NCBI GenBank assembly: GCA_963662655.2
Contig: CAXXTU010000001.1
Coordinates: 64,001-128,000 of the forward strand
From: Candidatus Cloacimonadales bacterium
GTDB lineage: Bacteria > Cloacimonadota > Cloacimonadia > Cloacimonadales > JAIOQZ01
DNA: 64,000 bases
Reading direction: 5' to 3'
In this document: piece after piece, positions 20,343 through 31,500 of the stretch
Layout of the letters: every line of letters begins with the position of its first letter
Position numbering within the stretch: the stretch's first letter is position 1
The notes under the pieces: generated by a model
The model's database searches: none
The model's input: the letters and a program-made list of their open reading frames with translations, nothing else
What the model was told of the DNA's origin: nothing
Position numbers and translations under genes: made by a program

Positions 20343-21560
20343 ATGGCATTAGAAGGTAATGTAGTCGTCGCGCAAGGAGGCGGACCAACCGCCGTTATCA
20401 ACCAATCGCTGGTTGGCGTGGTGCTGGAATCGCGTAAGTTTTTCCAGGTCAATCGCGTTTACGGCGCGGTGCATGGAGTACGTGGAATTATTGACGAGAA
20501 TTTCGTCGATCTTACACAGGAAACCACCAACAATCTCGAGAAGATCGCCTGCACTCCGTCTTCAGCGCTACTTTCCACACGGGACAAACCGGACGAGGTC
20601 TACTGCCGCGAGATATTCAAGGTTCTCAAAGCCCACAACGCCCGTTACTTCTTCTATATCGGTGGAAACGATTCTTCCGACACGGTTCGCATCGTGAATC
20701 ACGAGGCAGAAAGAGCCGGCTATGATTTCCGCGCAATACATATCCCCAAGACAATCGACAACGATCTCGTTCTGAACGACCACACCCCCGGATACGGCTC
20801 AGCGGCAAGATTTGTGGCATCCGCATTCATCGGAGCCAACCTCGACAACCGCGCCATCCCGGGCGTATATATTGGCGTAGTGATGGGACGCCACGCCGGA
20901 TTCCTTACCGCTGCCGCCGCTCTGGCGAAGAAGTATCCGGACGACGGTCCGCACCTCGTTTATCTTCCGGAGCGTCCATTCGACGTGAACAAGTTCCTCG
21001 AAGACGTCAAGTGCTGCCACGAGCAGTACGGTCGTTGCGTTATCGCCGTTTCAGAGGGCATCAAGGACAACTCGGGGCAGGAAATCGTGACGCAGCTTGT
21101 CGATAACATCGAGCACGACGCGCACGGCAACGTACAGCTCTCGGGAACCGGTGTCCTGGGTGATCTTCTTGCCAAGTACATCCGGAAGCATCTGAAGATC
21201 AAGCGCGTTCGTTCGGATACTTTCGGCTACCTTCAGCGCTCCTTCATCGAGTGCGTATCCGATGTCGATCAGAACGAAGCACGGGAAGTGGGCGAGAAAG
21301 CGGCACAGTACGCGATATGGCATGATCTGGACGGGTCCATCACCATCAAGCGTACCGGCTACTACTCTGTCGATTACCAGCTTGTGAAGCTGGAAGATGT
21401 CGCTGGGAAAACCCGCGTGATGCCCAAAGAATTCATCAACGCTGCGGCAAACAACGTAACCGACGATTTCCGCTACTATATCCGGCCGCTCCTCGGCTCG
21501 GGGTTCCGTCAACCCCATCGCCTCAGAGCGCCGCAAGTTGCGAAAATCCTGAATAAATAA
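20343..21560 (+). CDS. pfk: 6-phosphofructokinase, probably PPi-dependent
   Basis: QGGGPTAVIN, GGNDS (Asp typical of PPi-dependent enzymes), PKTIDND, MGRHAG. Confidence 0.9.
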   Translation: MALEGNVVVAQGGGPTAVINQSLVGVVLESRKFFQVNRVYGAVHGVRGIIDENFVDLTQETTNNLEKIACTPSSALLSTRDKPDEVYCREIFKVLKAHNARYFFYIGGNDSSDTVRIVNHEAERAGYDFRAIHIPKTIDNDLVLNDHTPGYGSAARFVASAFIGANLDNRAIPGVYIGVVMGRHAGFLTAAAALAKKYPDDGPHLVYLPERPFDVNKFLEDVKCCHEQYGRCVIAVSEGIKDNSGQEIVTQLVDNIEHDAHGNVQLSGTGVLGDLLAKYIRKHLKIKRVRSDTFGYLQRSFIECVSDVDQNEAREVGEKAAQYAIWHDLDGSITIKRTGYYSVDYQLVKLEDVAGKTRVMPKEFINAAANNVTDDFRYYIRPLLGSGFRQPHRLRAPQVAKILNK

Positions 21561-21575
21561 TCCGTTTGGAATCTT

Positions 21576-21609
21576 AACGCCAGCCGGTACGAATCGGCTG
21601 GCGTTTTTA
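21576..21609 (+). terminator. Intrinsic terminator after pfk
   Basis: aacgccagccg/cggctggcgtt stem followed by T-run. Confidence 0.85.
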
Positions 21610-21747
21610 TACAAATCGGTTAAGGAATAAAATGCGCAAATGGCGTATCAGGCTTTCGAAATATCCATTGACACGAGCGCGATTGAAATGAGAATTTGTT
21701 AGTCTATTCTGAATCTTTCATAGATTCGGGTGATTGGAGCGTCGAAT

Positions 21748-22776
21748 ATGATATTGGACAGTATTTTCTTTCAATTCGCAACGTTGATTTTTGCTTTCGC
21801 GATTCTTTTCAAGAGCGCGGATCTGTTTGTGGATAGCGCTGTTGGCATTTCCAACGATTTCGGTATCCCGCGCATTGTCGTGGGTATCATCATTGTCGGG
21901 TTTGCGACAACTGCGCCGGAAATTACTGTGTCAATCATCTCTGCTGCCAAGGGCAAGAGCGAATTCGCCCTGGGGAACGCCTTGGGCTCTGTCATTGTTG
22001 ACGACGGGATCGCGCTGGGCCTTGCCGCCATCCTTGCACCGGCGGCAATCATGGTGGATAAACGCACGTTAAAGACGACAGGCATTTTCCTGCTCGCAGT
22101 CATCCTATTGGGATATCTTCTTGGATTCAACGGAGTTTTCGGCAGACTGGAAGGCTCGCTTTTCGTCCTGATCCTGCTTGGCTATTGGGGATCGATGGTA
22201 TGGGCGGAGCGGAAGAGAAAGGCGAAGGGATTCGATATCTCCCAGGATTTCCCTGAAATCTCTGGACACGACAAAAAGCCTCTTTCGAAGCATATCATTC
22301 AATTGTTGATCGGTCTTGCAGGAGTCATCGCCGCAAGCCATCTGGTTGTGTGGTCGGCGGAGAAGATTGCAATATTCTACCATGTGCCGGAGGTCATCAT
22401 CGGCTTGACGATCATCGCGATCGGGACGTCGCTTCCCGAGATAAGCACCGCGATCATCGCCGCGCGGAAAGGCGAAGGCGAGTTATCGGTCGGCAACATT
22501 CTTGGGGCCGACATCCTGAACATCCTTTGGATCATCGGTATGTCCTCCATCGTCAATCCCATCGACGTCCGTCACGACAAAGTCCACCTATCGATCTTCG
22601 GATTCGACTTCGGTATCGTTGGCTCCATTCATTTCTCGTTCGTTTGGGTGATGATCATCGTCGTAACGATGCTTACCATGATGAGGACCGGATACAAGCT
22701 GAAGAAATCGGAGGGGATCATCCTTATCGCGATGTACGCAGTTTACCTCTTGATGAACTACTCCATTTTCAACTAA
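21748..22776 (+). CDS. Calcium/sodium antiporter (YrbG/CaCA family)
   Basis: Alpha repeats GFATTAPE...GNALGS and IGTSLPE...GNILGA. Confidence 0.92.
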   Translation: MILDSIFFQFATLIFAFAILFKSADLFVDSAVGISNDFGIPRIVVGIIIVGFATTAPEITVSIISAAKGKSEFALGNALGSVIVDDGIALGLAAILAPAAIMVDKRTLKTTGIFLLAVILLGYLLGFNGVFGRLEGSLFVLILLGYWGSMVWAERKRKAKGFDISQDFPEISGHDKKPLSKHIIQLLIGLAGVIAASHLVVWSAEKIAIFYHVPEVIIGLTIIAIGTSLPEISTAIIAARKGEGELSVGNILGADILNILWIIGMSSIVNPIDVRHDKVHLSIFGFDFGIVGSIHFSFVWVMIIVVTMLTMMRTGYKLKKSEGIILIAMYAVYLLMNYSIFN

Positions 22777-22786
22777 ACCCTTTGCC

Positions 22787-23401
22787 ATGAGCGGATTCAT
22801 CGATTTCTTGAAAAGACACGGCAACGACATCGATGGAGAAGTCGTTTCCGATATCACCTGCCGGGAAGAATCGATCAATCGGGCCAGTTTTATCGACTGC
22901 ACTTTCAAGAACTGCGATTTTACCGAGACGAAGTTCATAGGCTGCCGTTTCATCGATTGTTCGTTCGAGCGATGCGAGCTCAGCATGGTAAGTCTGGGGG
23001 GATGTTCTTTTCGCGATACGCGTTTCGAAGATTCCAGGCTGGAGGGAATCGACTGGACGCGCGTTGACTGGGGCAAGATGTCGTTTAGCGCGCCGGTGTC
23101 TTTCAAGAGGTGCTCGCTGAGCCACTCAACGTTTATCGGCCTCTCGCTGCAAGAGCTTCAACTCGAGGACTGCCGGTCACACAACGTCGATTTCCGTCAG
23201 GCGAACATGGAGAGTGCCTCGTTCAAAGGCACCGATTTCACGGACTGCCTTTTCCAGAACACGAACCTCGCCAGGTGCAATTTTATGCAAGCACAACATT
23301 ACCAGATCAATCCGGCGAGCAACAACGTAACGAAAGCGAAGTTCAGCATGCCAGAAGCTATGGAACTTCTGTATTCGCTGGATATCGCCATCGAAGACTG
23401 A
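22787..23401 (+). CDS. Pentapeptide repeat protein
   Basis: Regular (S/T/C)xFxx pentapeptides; KAKFSMPEA C-terminus. Confidence 0.9.
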   Translation: MSGFIDFLKRHGNDIDGEVVSDITCREESINRASFIDCTFKNCDFTETKFIGCRFIDCSFERCELSMVSLGGCSFRDTRFEDSRLEGIDWTRVDWGKMSFSAPVSFKRCSLSHSTFIGLSLQELQLEDCRSHNVDFRQANMESASFKGTDFTDCLFQNTNLARCNFMQAQHYQINPASNNVTKAKFSMPEAMELLYSLDIAIED

Positions 23402-23439
23402 TCCAATGCAGCTCGATCGTCGTTTCATGAGCACCATCC

Positions 23440-23554
23440 GCGCGGAGGCGGCGCAGAATCCCCGAAGGGGCTTCTGCATTCCATTGCAATGTTTTCTTGC
23501 AAAAAACATTGCAATGGAATGTTAGTGCGCGGAGCGCACGCGCCGCCCCCGCGC
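23440..23554. repeat. Four-way-junction palindromic element, copy A
   Basis: 15-bp closing stem (1 mismatch) enclosing three hairpins; same architecture as 51435-51546. Confidence 0.75.
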
Positions 23555-23674
23555 AAGCGTGTCGAGCAAAACCCAGAGGGGCCTTCCCCTGAAAATTCGA
23601 TTATCCCAACAATAAACTTTACAAATCAGGATATTCCAGCAACATGATCGTAAGATGAATTTTACGAGGATACG

Positions 23675-26600
23675 ATGAGAAATTTACGGGGAATTATACC
23701 CGACTACATTCATAAGCTTCTGGGGCATTACAGCGACATCGAAGAAGTCCAACTTCCGTTGATCCACCGCGAAGACATGGCCGCGCTCTTTACGGATATC
23801 AAGGCCTTTACGCGACTCACGGAGCAGGTCAGCCAGGAAGGCCATTATGGCGTTGAGACAATCACTGCAATCCTGAAGAGCTATTTCGAGGTGATGGAGA
23901 ATTGCATCCGCACGCACGGAGGTTCCCTCGTTAAATTCGGGGGAGATTCCCTCCTTTCGGTTTTTCCCGGAGGAGAGTCCGAAGCGATACGCTGCGCGGT
24001 TTGTTGCAGCAATTCCATGCAGCATGAGCTAAAGGAATTGAACATCGATTTCCTGCGTCAGTACGGCGTCCAGATACAAATCCACGGTGGAATATCCTGG
24101 GGTAATGTAGCACTGCGTATCGTTGGGGATTTGCAATATCACCTCGATTACTATTTCTACGGCGAAGCGCTACAGCAGGCTTACGAAGTCGGCGAAACCT
24201 CCGGCGCTGGAGAAATCAAGCTGCATGATTCCCATAAAAAACCCATATCAAACCATCACGAATGCACTCCGTTGACCGTAGCCGATAGTGGATTCTCATC
24301 CCACTTCATCGGAGGGATGGTCAAGTCCCGGATATCGGCGATGGAGTTTTCCGCAGAGCTGCGCAACGCGGCAGTCATGTTCATCGGCATCAGTTCCGAA
24401 TCGACGGAAGAAACGATTTCCTGCGAGGTATATCATTCATTCTACAAGCTTGTTCAACAGCAAGTGTATGCAATGGAAGGGACCATTAATAAAATCGACT
24501 ACAACGACAAAGGCTTCATCCTGATCATCACCTTCGGGGTCCCCAATATTCACTACGACGACACGGAACGAGCCTTCATCTGTGCGTGGAAACTCCAGCA
24601 AATCAGAGACATCAATCTCGATATCCGCATTGGAATCACCTACAGCAATATCTTCGCCGGAACACTCGGCTCGGAAAGGCGATGGGAGTACGGCATCATC
24701 GGGAACGCAGTCAACATCTCAGCTCGCCTGATGTCCACCGCCCGAAATGGAGAAATCGCGTTCTCTTCAGAGATTCTCCCGAAAATCAGCTCGCATTTCG
24801 AATCAAAATTCCTCAACAGAGTTCGGGTCAAAGGTATCAAAGACGAAATTGATATTTACACTCCCGTCAGAGAACTCCCCGAAAGCTGGACCGCCTTCAA
24901 GCAGCAATATGACAGGCAGGATTTCGCTGGAATTCACCGGTTCGACAACGAAATAAATGAATTCACGAACAGCGGTCAAGGCAGCATTGTTTACATCTCC
25001 GGACACGCAGGCACAGGTAAATCATTCCTGACCTACGAACTTCTGAAACGCGGAATTACGGAGGACAGAAACTTTGATTTGTACGTTATGGACGAGTTCA
25101 GTCGCAACACACCCCTTGAATTTATCCGTAAAGCGCTCAACCGAAAGCTTAACATCGAACAACTACCTCAGGATTTGCCCAAGCTGCTTTCCTGGTGTGA
25201 AGCGCACAAGATTTTCGCCAGCGATTCATTACTGGAACGCTACTTTTCGACGACCGCTAGCAAGGATTCTGAGGCAATCCCGGAGGAATCGATTGCCATC
25301 GTCGAGCAAACGCTCGCGTCCATCCTGCTCATGCTGTGGAAGGACGTGGATATCCTGGCGCTGGACAACTACCAGTGGCTCGACAGGCAGTCCCGCAAAA
25401 TCGTCGAGCGAACGATCCCTCTTCTCGAACGAGAAAACTCAGATGTTATAATCACCTCTCGTGAAACAGATTCTCCCGAACGGTTCGAGCATTTGAATCT
25501 TCGCCGCATCACCCTGGAAAATCTTGAGGTCGAAGACGCCACCGCCTTGATTCGCAGTAAAATACCAAACATCACCGGAGATGCAGCCAGGAACCTGGTT
25601 AAAATAACCGACGGCAATCCCATGTTCATCTATGAGATGTGCCGATTGATACAGGCCAACTTCGATTGCCACGACAACATCCTCAACGAAGCCAATATCA
25701 GCATCATGCTGCGTCAGGGGATTATCCCTCAGACGCTGGAAAACCTGTTTGTCCGCCAATATGAGAACCTCGAAGATGCGTCCCGGCAACTTCTGAAAGT
25801 TGCTTCAATCGTTGGACGCGCCTTTTCCATCGACGCACTTTCCGTTATCGGCAAGGCCGAGTTTTCTCAGAGGGTTCTCGAAATCCTGCAAATGCTCAAT
25901 GCCATAGAGATCATCAACGAGAAGAACATCAATCCGGAGATCGAGTATATCTTCAGCAACAACCTGATGCGTGAAGCGATCTACCGCACCATCCTCAAAG
26001 GTGAAAAGCGAGACTTGCATAACCGCATCGCGCATTACTACGAGGAGAGGCACAGGGGAAACCTCCATCCGTGGATCGAGCTCATCGCCAATCACTTCAT
26101 CCTGGCCGATAATCCCGAAAAATCCTGCCACTACGCCCTGCTGGCCGCCAGAAAGAACTTCCGTCTGTTCGCACTCGCCGAAAGCGCGTACTTTTTCCGG
26201 ATTGCGGAGAAGCATTGCTCCGATGCTGCGCAGAAAATCGAAATCGATTTACACATTATCGAAATACTGCTTCTTCAGGGCGATACAAGTGAAGCCAAGC
26301 GTTGCCTGGAAGCAACACAACTGACCGATCTTTCGGGTCCGACCCTCGATTATTATCACTATCTCCTTGCGAGATTGTACGATAAAACATCCCGCTATCA
26401 CGAACAGATTCAGTTTGTCGAGTCGGTTATCGATTCCATGACAGACCGGGAGCGATACCATCAGGTTAAAATCCTCTATCTGAACGCCCTCAGGGGAACC
26501 GGCAAGGGATTTGAAGAGCAGGCATTGAGCTTCCTCGAAGAGGTGAAGAATACCGATAACGACCGGATCATCGCGCAAATGGCATCGATCCTGGGGCAAT

Positions 26601-27472
26601 ACTACCTGGATCAATCCCGCTACGAGAATGCGCGGAAATTCTTCGAGCAACGCTACGAAATCGCACTCAAGCTGAAAGACCAGGTACAGACACGCCTTGC
26701 ACTAACCGGGCTGGGAGCGCTCGCGTTCTATCTCGGGAAAACCGATGAGGCGGAGCGCTATCATCTTCAAGCGCTCGAAACAGCAGAGAAATTGGGCGAT
26801 AAGGATGGCTACGGCAAGGTGCTGATGGATCTAGCCTCCCTGGCGCGCCGACGCGGGAACAACCAGAAAGCGCTCGAAACCTATCGAAAATCTCTCAAGC
26901 TCGCGCGGCTCTCCGCGAATCGCAAACAGGAATGTACGGTGCTGTATAATATCGGCGAAGTGCACTATTTTATGGAGGCGTTCGAGAAAGCTCTCGAATA
27001 CCTCTACCCCGCCCTGGAAATCGCCAGGGAAATTAGCGACCAGGTCATGATAACCTATTGCCAGGACGCCATCGGCGACATGACATTCCAGCTCGGGAAC
27101 ATCGCCGAGGCCAAGAAGATGTACACGAACAACCTGCAATTTCAGGAAAGACTGAACGATCTGGAAGGAATAGCTCATACTTACGGAAATCTAGGTAACG
27201 TCGCCAAGATGGAAAAGAATTATAAACTGGCGATCGAATACTACGGGAAACAGCAAAGTATGCTGGCGGAGATCGGCGACAAGGACGGCGAGGGCCGGGC
27301 ATGGTTCAATTGGGCAATGATCCACGTTGAAAAAAACGAGCAGGATCGGGCAATCGAAAAACTCGAGAAGGCCCATGACCTGTTCGCGGAAATCGGGGCA
27401 AAGCAGCTCGTCGACTTCACGCAGCAACAAATCGATAACTTGAGGACTCCCGCATCCGATGGATCCGAGTGA
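23675..27472 (+). CDS. Tandem class III adenylate/guanylate cyclase + STAND (AAA_16-like) ATPase + TPR protein, sAC/ADCY10-like architecture
   Basis: C1: LFTDIKAFT, KFGGDS; C2: NDKG, GNAVNISARL; Walker A GHAGTGKS; Walker B LALDNYQWLD; TDGNPMFI; C-terminal TPRs. Confidence 0.9.
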   Translation: MRNLRGIIPDYIHKLLGHYSDIEEVQLPLIHREDMAALFTDIKAFTRLTEQVSQEGHYGVETITAILKSYFEVMENCIRTHGGSLVKFGGDSLLSVFPGGESEAIRCAVCCSNSMQHELKELNIDFLRQYGVQIQIHGGISWGNVALRIVGDLQYHLDYYFYGEALQQAYEVGETSGAGEIKLHDSHKKPISNHHECTPLTVADSGFSSHFIGGMVKSRISAMEFSAELRNAAVMFIGISSESTEETISCEVYHSFYKLVQQQVYAMEGTINKIDYNDKGFILIITFGVPNIHYDDTERAFICAWKLQQIRDINLDIRIGITYSNIFAGTLGSERRWEYGIIGNAVNISARLMSTARNGEIAFSSEILPKISSHFESKFLNRVRVKGIKDEIDIYTPVRELPESWTAFKQQYDRQDFAGIHRFDNEINEFTNSGQGSIVYISGHAGTGKSFLTYELLKRGITEDRNFDLYVMDEFSRNTPLEFIRKALNRKLNIEQLPQDLPKLLSWCEAHKIFASDSLLERYFSTTASKDSEAIPEESIAIVEQTLASILLMLWKDVDILALDNYQWLDRQSRKIVERTIPLLERENSDVIITSRETDSPERFEHLNLRRITLENLEVEDATALIRSKIPNITGDAARNLVKITDGNPMFIYEMCRLIQANFDCHDNILNEANISIMLRQGIIPQTLENLFVRQYENLEDASRQLLKVASIVGRAFSIDALSVIGKAEFSQRVLEILQMLNAIEIINEKNINPEIEYIFSNNLMREAIYRTILKGEKRDLHNRIAHYYEERHRGNLHPWIELIANHFILADNPEKSCHYALLAARKNFRLFALAESAYFFRIAEKHCSDAAQKIEIDLHIIEILLLQGDTSEAKRCLEATQLTDLSGPTLDYYHYLLARLYDKTSRYHEQIQFVESVIDSMTDRERYHQVKILYLNALRGTGKGFEEQALSFLEEVKNTDNDRIIAQMASILGQYYLDQSRYENARKFFEQRYEIALKLKDQVQTRLALTGLGALAFYLGKTDEAERYHLQALETAEKLGDKDGYGKVLMDLASLARRRGNNQKALETYRKSLKLARLSANRKQECTVLYNIGEVHYFMEAFEKALEYLYPALEIAREISDQVMITYCQDAIGDMTFQLGNIAEAKKMYTNNLQFQERLNDLEGIAHTYGNLGNVAKMEKNYKLAIEYYGKQQSMLAEIGDKDGEGRAWFNWAMIHVEKNEQDRAIEKLEKAHDLFAEIGAKQLVDFTQQQIDNLRTPASDGSE

Positions 27473-28358
27473 TTTCGTAAATACCTATTCGAGATACATG
27501 CGCGAGAAATACAGCAGGCGAATGCAGCGCGTGCCGCTCGCCACCGGAATCGCATGTCCGCATCGCATATCGACGGGCGGATGTGTTTTCTGCCGTCCCG
27601 ATACCTACACGGACGCAGTTTCAACCGAGGACATCGTTACTCAATTCAACACAATCACAACCAGGATGCGCAAAACTTTCCCCGATTGCGGCTGGATTCC
27701 CTATTTCAACGCGGAGACATCCACTTACGGCGAGATTGATCACTTGAAACAACTTTTCCAGAAAGCGTTACATCAACAGGATGTATTCGAGCTTGCACTT
27801 TCCACGCGTCCGGACGCAGTTACGGACGAAATCGCAGCCATGCTCGAAACGCTGGGACTGCCGGTAACCGTGGAAATCGGTATGCAATCCATCCACGAGC
27901 GGAGTCTGAAGTTCCTGAAACGGGGGCACACGTTTCAGGAATGCGTAACCGCGCTGGAGACGTTGCGAAGACATCACATCAGGACTGGCGTTCACATCAT
28001 TATCGGCATCCCGGGAGAATCTACCGAGAGTATACTCGAAACCATCCGCTGGATTTCGGATTGCAGGATCGTCGACGAGGTTAAGTTTCATCAGTTGGTT
28101 GTGTACCGCGATACAGCGCTGGAACAGATTCTGCGTGAAGGCAGGTTTATCCCGTTGACAATGAACGACTACCTCGCCATTTTGACTGTACTGATACCGG
28201 AGCTCGATGAGCGCATCGTGGTAAGCAGATTGTTCACCTCGAATGTGCGCCGAACCGGCGTGGCAACCGCACCGGAGACCGGCTTGAAGCGTACGGCCAT
28301 GAATCGGCTGGCGAAGCTGCTTTCCGACGGAAGCATCCGCCAGGGCATGAACCGGTGA
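27459..28358 (+). CDS. Radical SAM protein, TIGR01212/YhcC-like
   Basis: CPHR...GGCVFC motif, TRPD, EIGMQS, RGHT; overlaps the cyclase stop. Confidence 0.88.
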   Translation: MDPSDFVNTYSRYMREKYSRRMQRVPLATGIACPHRISTGGCVFCRPDTYTDAVSTEDIVTQFNTITTRMRKTFPDCGWIPYFNAETSTYGEIDHLKQLFQKALHQQDVFELALSTRPDAVTDEIAAMLETLGLPVTVEIGMQSIHERSLKFLKRGHTFQECVTALETLRRHHIRTGVHIIIGIPGESTESILETIRWISDCRIVDEVKFHQLVVYRDTALEQILREGRFIPLTMNDYLAILTVLIPELDERIVVSRLFTSNVRRTGVATAPETGLKRTAMNRLAKLLSDGSIRQGMNR

Positions 28359-28578
28359 TCGGTGGAGTGGAGAAAAGGCTGCCCCGAGATGGCGGTGTTT
28401 CTCCTGACGGTGAGGCACATTCGCCCAATCTCCTCCCTTTACGGCTTATAACGACACAACGTTCGTTGTGTAAGAATACGCCTCGGGACAAGATTGAACG
28501 AATCTGCACTCCCCTGAGGGCAATCACACAATTTCCGCACAGAATGGGAATAAGGACAGAGTAACTCGGCAGGAGACG

Positions 28579-31500
28579 ATGGAACAGAATTTCGAGAAGA
28601 CAATCCACGCGTTGAAGCGTAAACAGAATCTGGTATACAGCGCTTACTATGTGATTCTGGCAGCGATGCTCGCGCTGATTTTATTCAGCGTGTATCATGG
28701 CGGATACCAGATAGTGCTGCTGCGCGGTGGGCTGATCAACGAGCTGCGAGCGATGTTCATTCTCGCGCTGGGGGTCCGCATCCTTCTGGCACTTCTTTGG
28801 ATATATCTGGCGATGCAGGCGTGGAGAAGCCTTCTGACTCCCTTCCAGGCGGCGCGCCAGCTCGATGATGATAATGGGGATCCACACGACACTTATCAGA
28901 ATGCGTGGGAGCTGAAGCAGGAGACGCCTGACCACCCGCTTTTGGAAAGGGTTCTTGCGCTCGCAGACGAGAAGGCTACGAGTCAGGCGATATCCCCGAA
29001 GACGGACGCGCTTCGCAAAATCACGTTCCCTGCGATCCTCGTTTTCGCGGTAACGCTGATCACGTTGTTCATCAATCCGAGCGCGCTCGAGAAGAGTTGG
29101 ACAGCATTTCAGATGAAGGAATACCCACAGGTGAGGCATCAGACGCACATCGATGTCCTACCCGGCGACAAAACCATTTTGCGCAACGAAGCGATCGATA
29201 TCGTCGTGGTGAATCCCGAGCCGCAGGTGGAATACTCGCTGCTTTACACGATGGGGGAAGCATGGCGGGAAGTTGCGATGCCAGAAGCCCACAAGCGATT
29301 TACCAACACCGAAAACAGCTTACGGTATTACGTTAAAAACAACTGGGCGGTCTCGGATACGTTTGCGGTGGAGGTCTTTGAGCAGCCGACGGTCACGCGC
29401 ATAGACGTACGGTACGATTTTCCGCGATATACCGGCATGGCAACCGAGACGTACATGAATACCGACGGCAATCTCAAGGCGATCGACGGAACCGTCGCCA
29501 CATTGACGGTGGAGACCAACAACCCTATCGAGGACGCCCGTATCGTGCTGAACGACGGATCAACGAACGAGATGGATCGACTGGGGAAAACCTCGTTCTC
29601 GGTCGAAATCCCTATCGAGGATAACGGCAGCTACTACTTCAAGATGATCGACCTGCTGGGAAGCCAGTCGGAGAAACTCGTTAGAAGCATTACGGCTATC
29701 TCTGACAAGGTTCCTGAAGTGCGCATCGCGTATCCGGGACGTGATACCATCCTCACACAGAATCACCTGCTCCCGCTGAAAATTCTAGGCGCGGACGACT
29801 TCGGGCTGGACGACCTCTCCCTCCACTACGACGTCAACAGCTCCGGCGAGCAGGCGATCGACCTGAACACGAATATCAGGAACCAACTGCTGGATTTCGA
29901 TACGGTTTTCGACCTCACAGCCATGCAGCTATTGCCCGGCGACCGGGTGGTTTACTGGGCAGAGCTCACGGACAACGCGCCCGACCAGAATTCGGGCGTG
30001 AGCAAGCGGTACACGGTCCGCTTCCCGTCCATCGAAGAAATCTACCAGGAGATCGAGAAGCAGGAAGAAGAGAAGCGCGAGACCCTGGAAAACACACGGG
30101 ACGAGGCTAGGGAACTGACCAAGGAGTTCGAGGAAAAACGTCGAGAGCTCATGAAGAAAGAAGAAGCCGATTGGGAAGACCGGAAGTCGCTGGAAGAAAT
30201 GATGAAGCGCCAGGAGAACCTCAACGAGCAGGTCGAAAAAGTGGCGGAAGAATACCAGAAGCTCGCGGAGAAATTCAACGAGAACGATGCGCTCTCGCAG
30301 GAAACCCTTCAGAAGATGGAGCGCATCCAGGAGCTGATGGAGCAAATCAGCAACGACCAGCTGAAACAGGCCATGCAAAAGATGCAGCAAGCGATGGAAA
30401 ATATGAAGATGGAGGACATGCAGAAGGCCATGGAGCAGATGAAATTCTCCATGGAAGAGTTCATGCAGAAGCTCGATCAGACCATCGACCTGCTGGAAGA
30501 TATCAAGAAGGAACAGGCGCTGCAGAAGTCCGCCGAGATCGCCGAAGAAATGCTGAAGATGCAGCAAGACCTGAACCAGCGGACGCAGGAAGGCAAAGAA
30601 TCTCCCGAGCAGCTTGGCAAGGAGCAGGAGAAAATCGGCGAAAAGCTGGATAACCTCGAGAAACAACTGGATAAAACCGGTGAAATGCTCGACCCGAAAA
30701 AGGACGGGGAGCTGCAGAAGATGATGGAGGAACTCCAGAAGATGATGCAGCAGGACAGCCTTTCGAAGGATATACAGGAGAGCTCCGAGAACCTGCAGAA
30801 CAAGCAGATGAAGGACGCGATGAAATCGCAGCAGAGCGCTGCGAACAAGATGCAGAGCATGCTGGACAAGATGAAAATGATGCAGTCGATGATGTCGGGC
30901 GGTATGCAGGCAGAAATCGGAACGATCATTCAGGACAGCATCGCAAGGCTGCTCTTCTTCTCGCAGATGCACGAGCGATCATCCAGACGTTACGTGCGCG
31001 ATCCCTTCGTGATCATCAACGATCAGCTCGCCAACTTCGAAGGCATTCAGCTTACCCTGCAAAAACTCTATTCAGTGCCGATGATAGCGCTGTTCCTGCA
31101 CCCAAAGTTCTTCTCGGACGCATCGGGAACCGTGAAAGATTACCAGACACTATTCACCACAGTCAACGATGCTCCCAACCAGCGAATCACGGCCAACCTT
31201 GAGGATATCCAGGAAGGAATCAACCTGATGATCTACGACCTGATGCAGTCCGCCGCATCGATGTCTCAAGGACAGGGCGGTGGCATGCAAAGCATGATGC
31301 AACAGCTCCAACAGATGAGCGGCGAGCAGATGATGCTCAATTCGCTTACCCAGCAACTTCTCCAGCAGATGCTTTCCGAGGGCAAGATGTCCGGCAACGC
31401 GCGATCCGAACTGGGTCGTCTCGCGGGTGACGAAGAGCGAATTGCCGAAAACATGCGCCGCATGATGCAGAACAACCCCGACGCCATGAAGGGCGGATCG

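Noticed and set aside
30050..31400. Repetitive CAG/ATG/GAA-rich DNA
   Set aside because: Coiled-coil coding sequence of the DUF4175-like protein.
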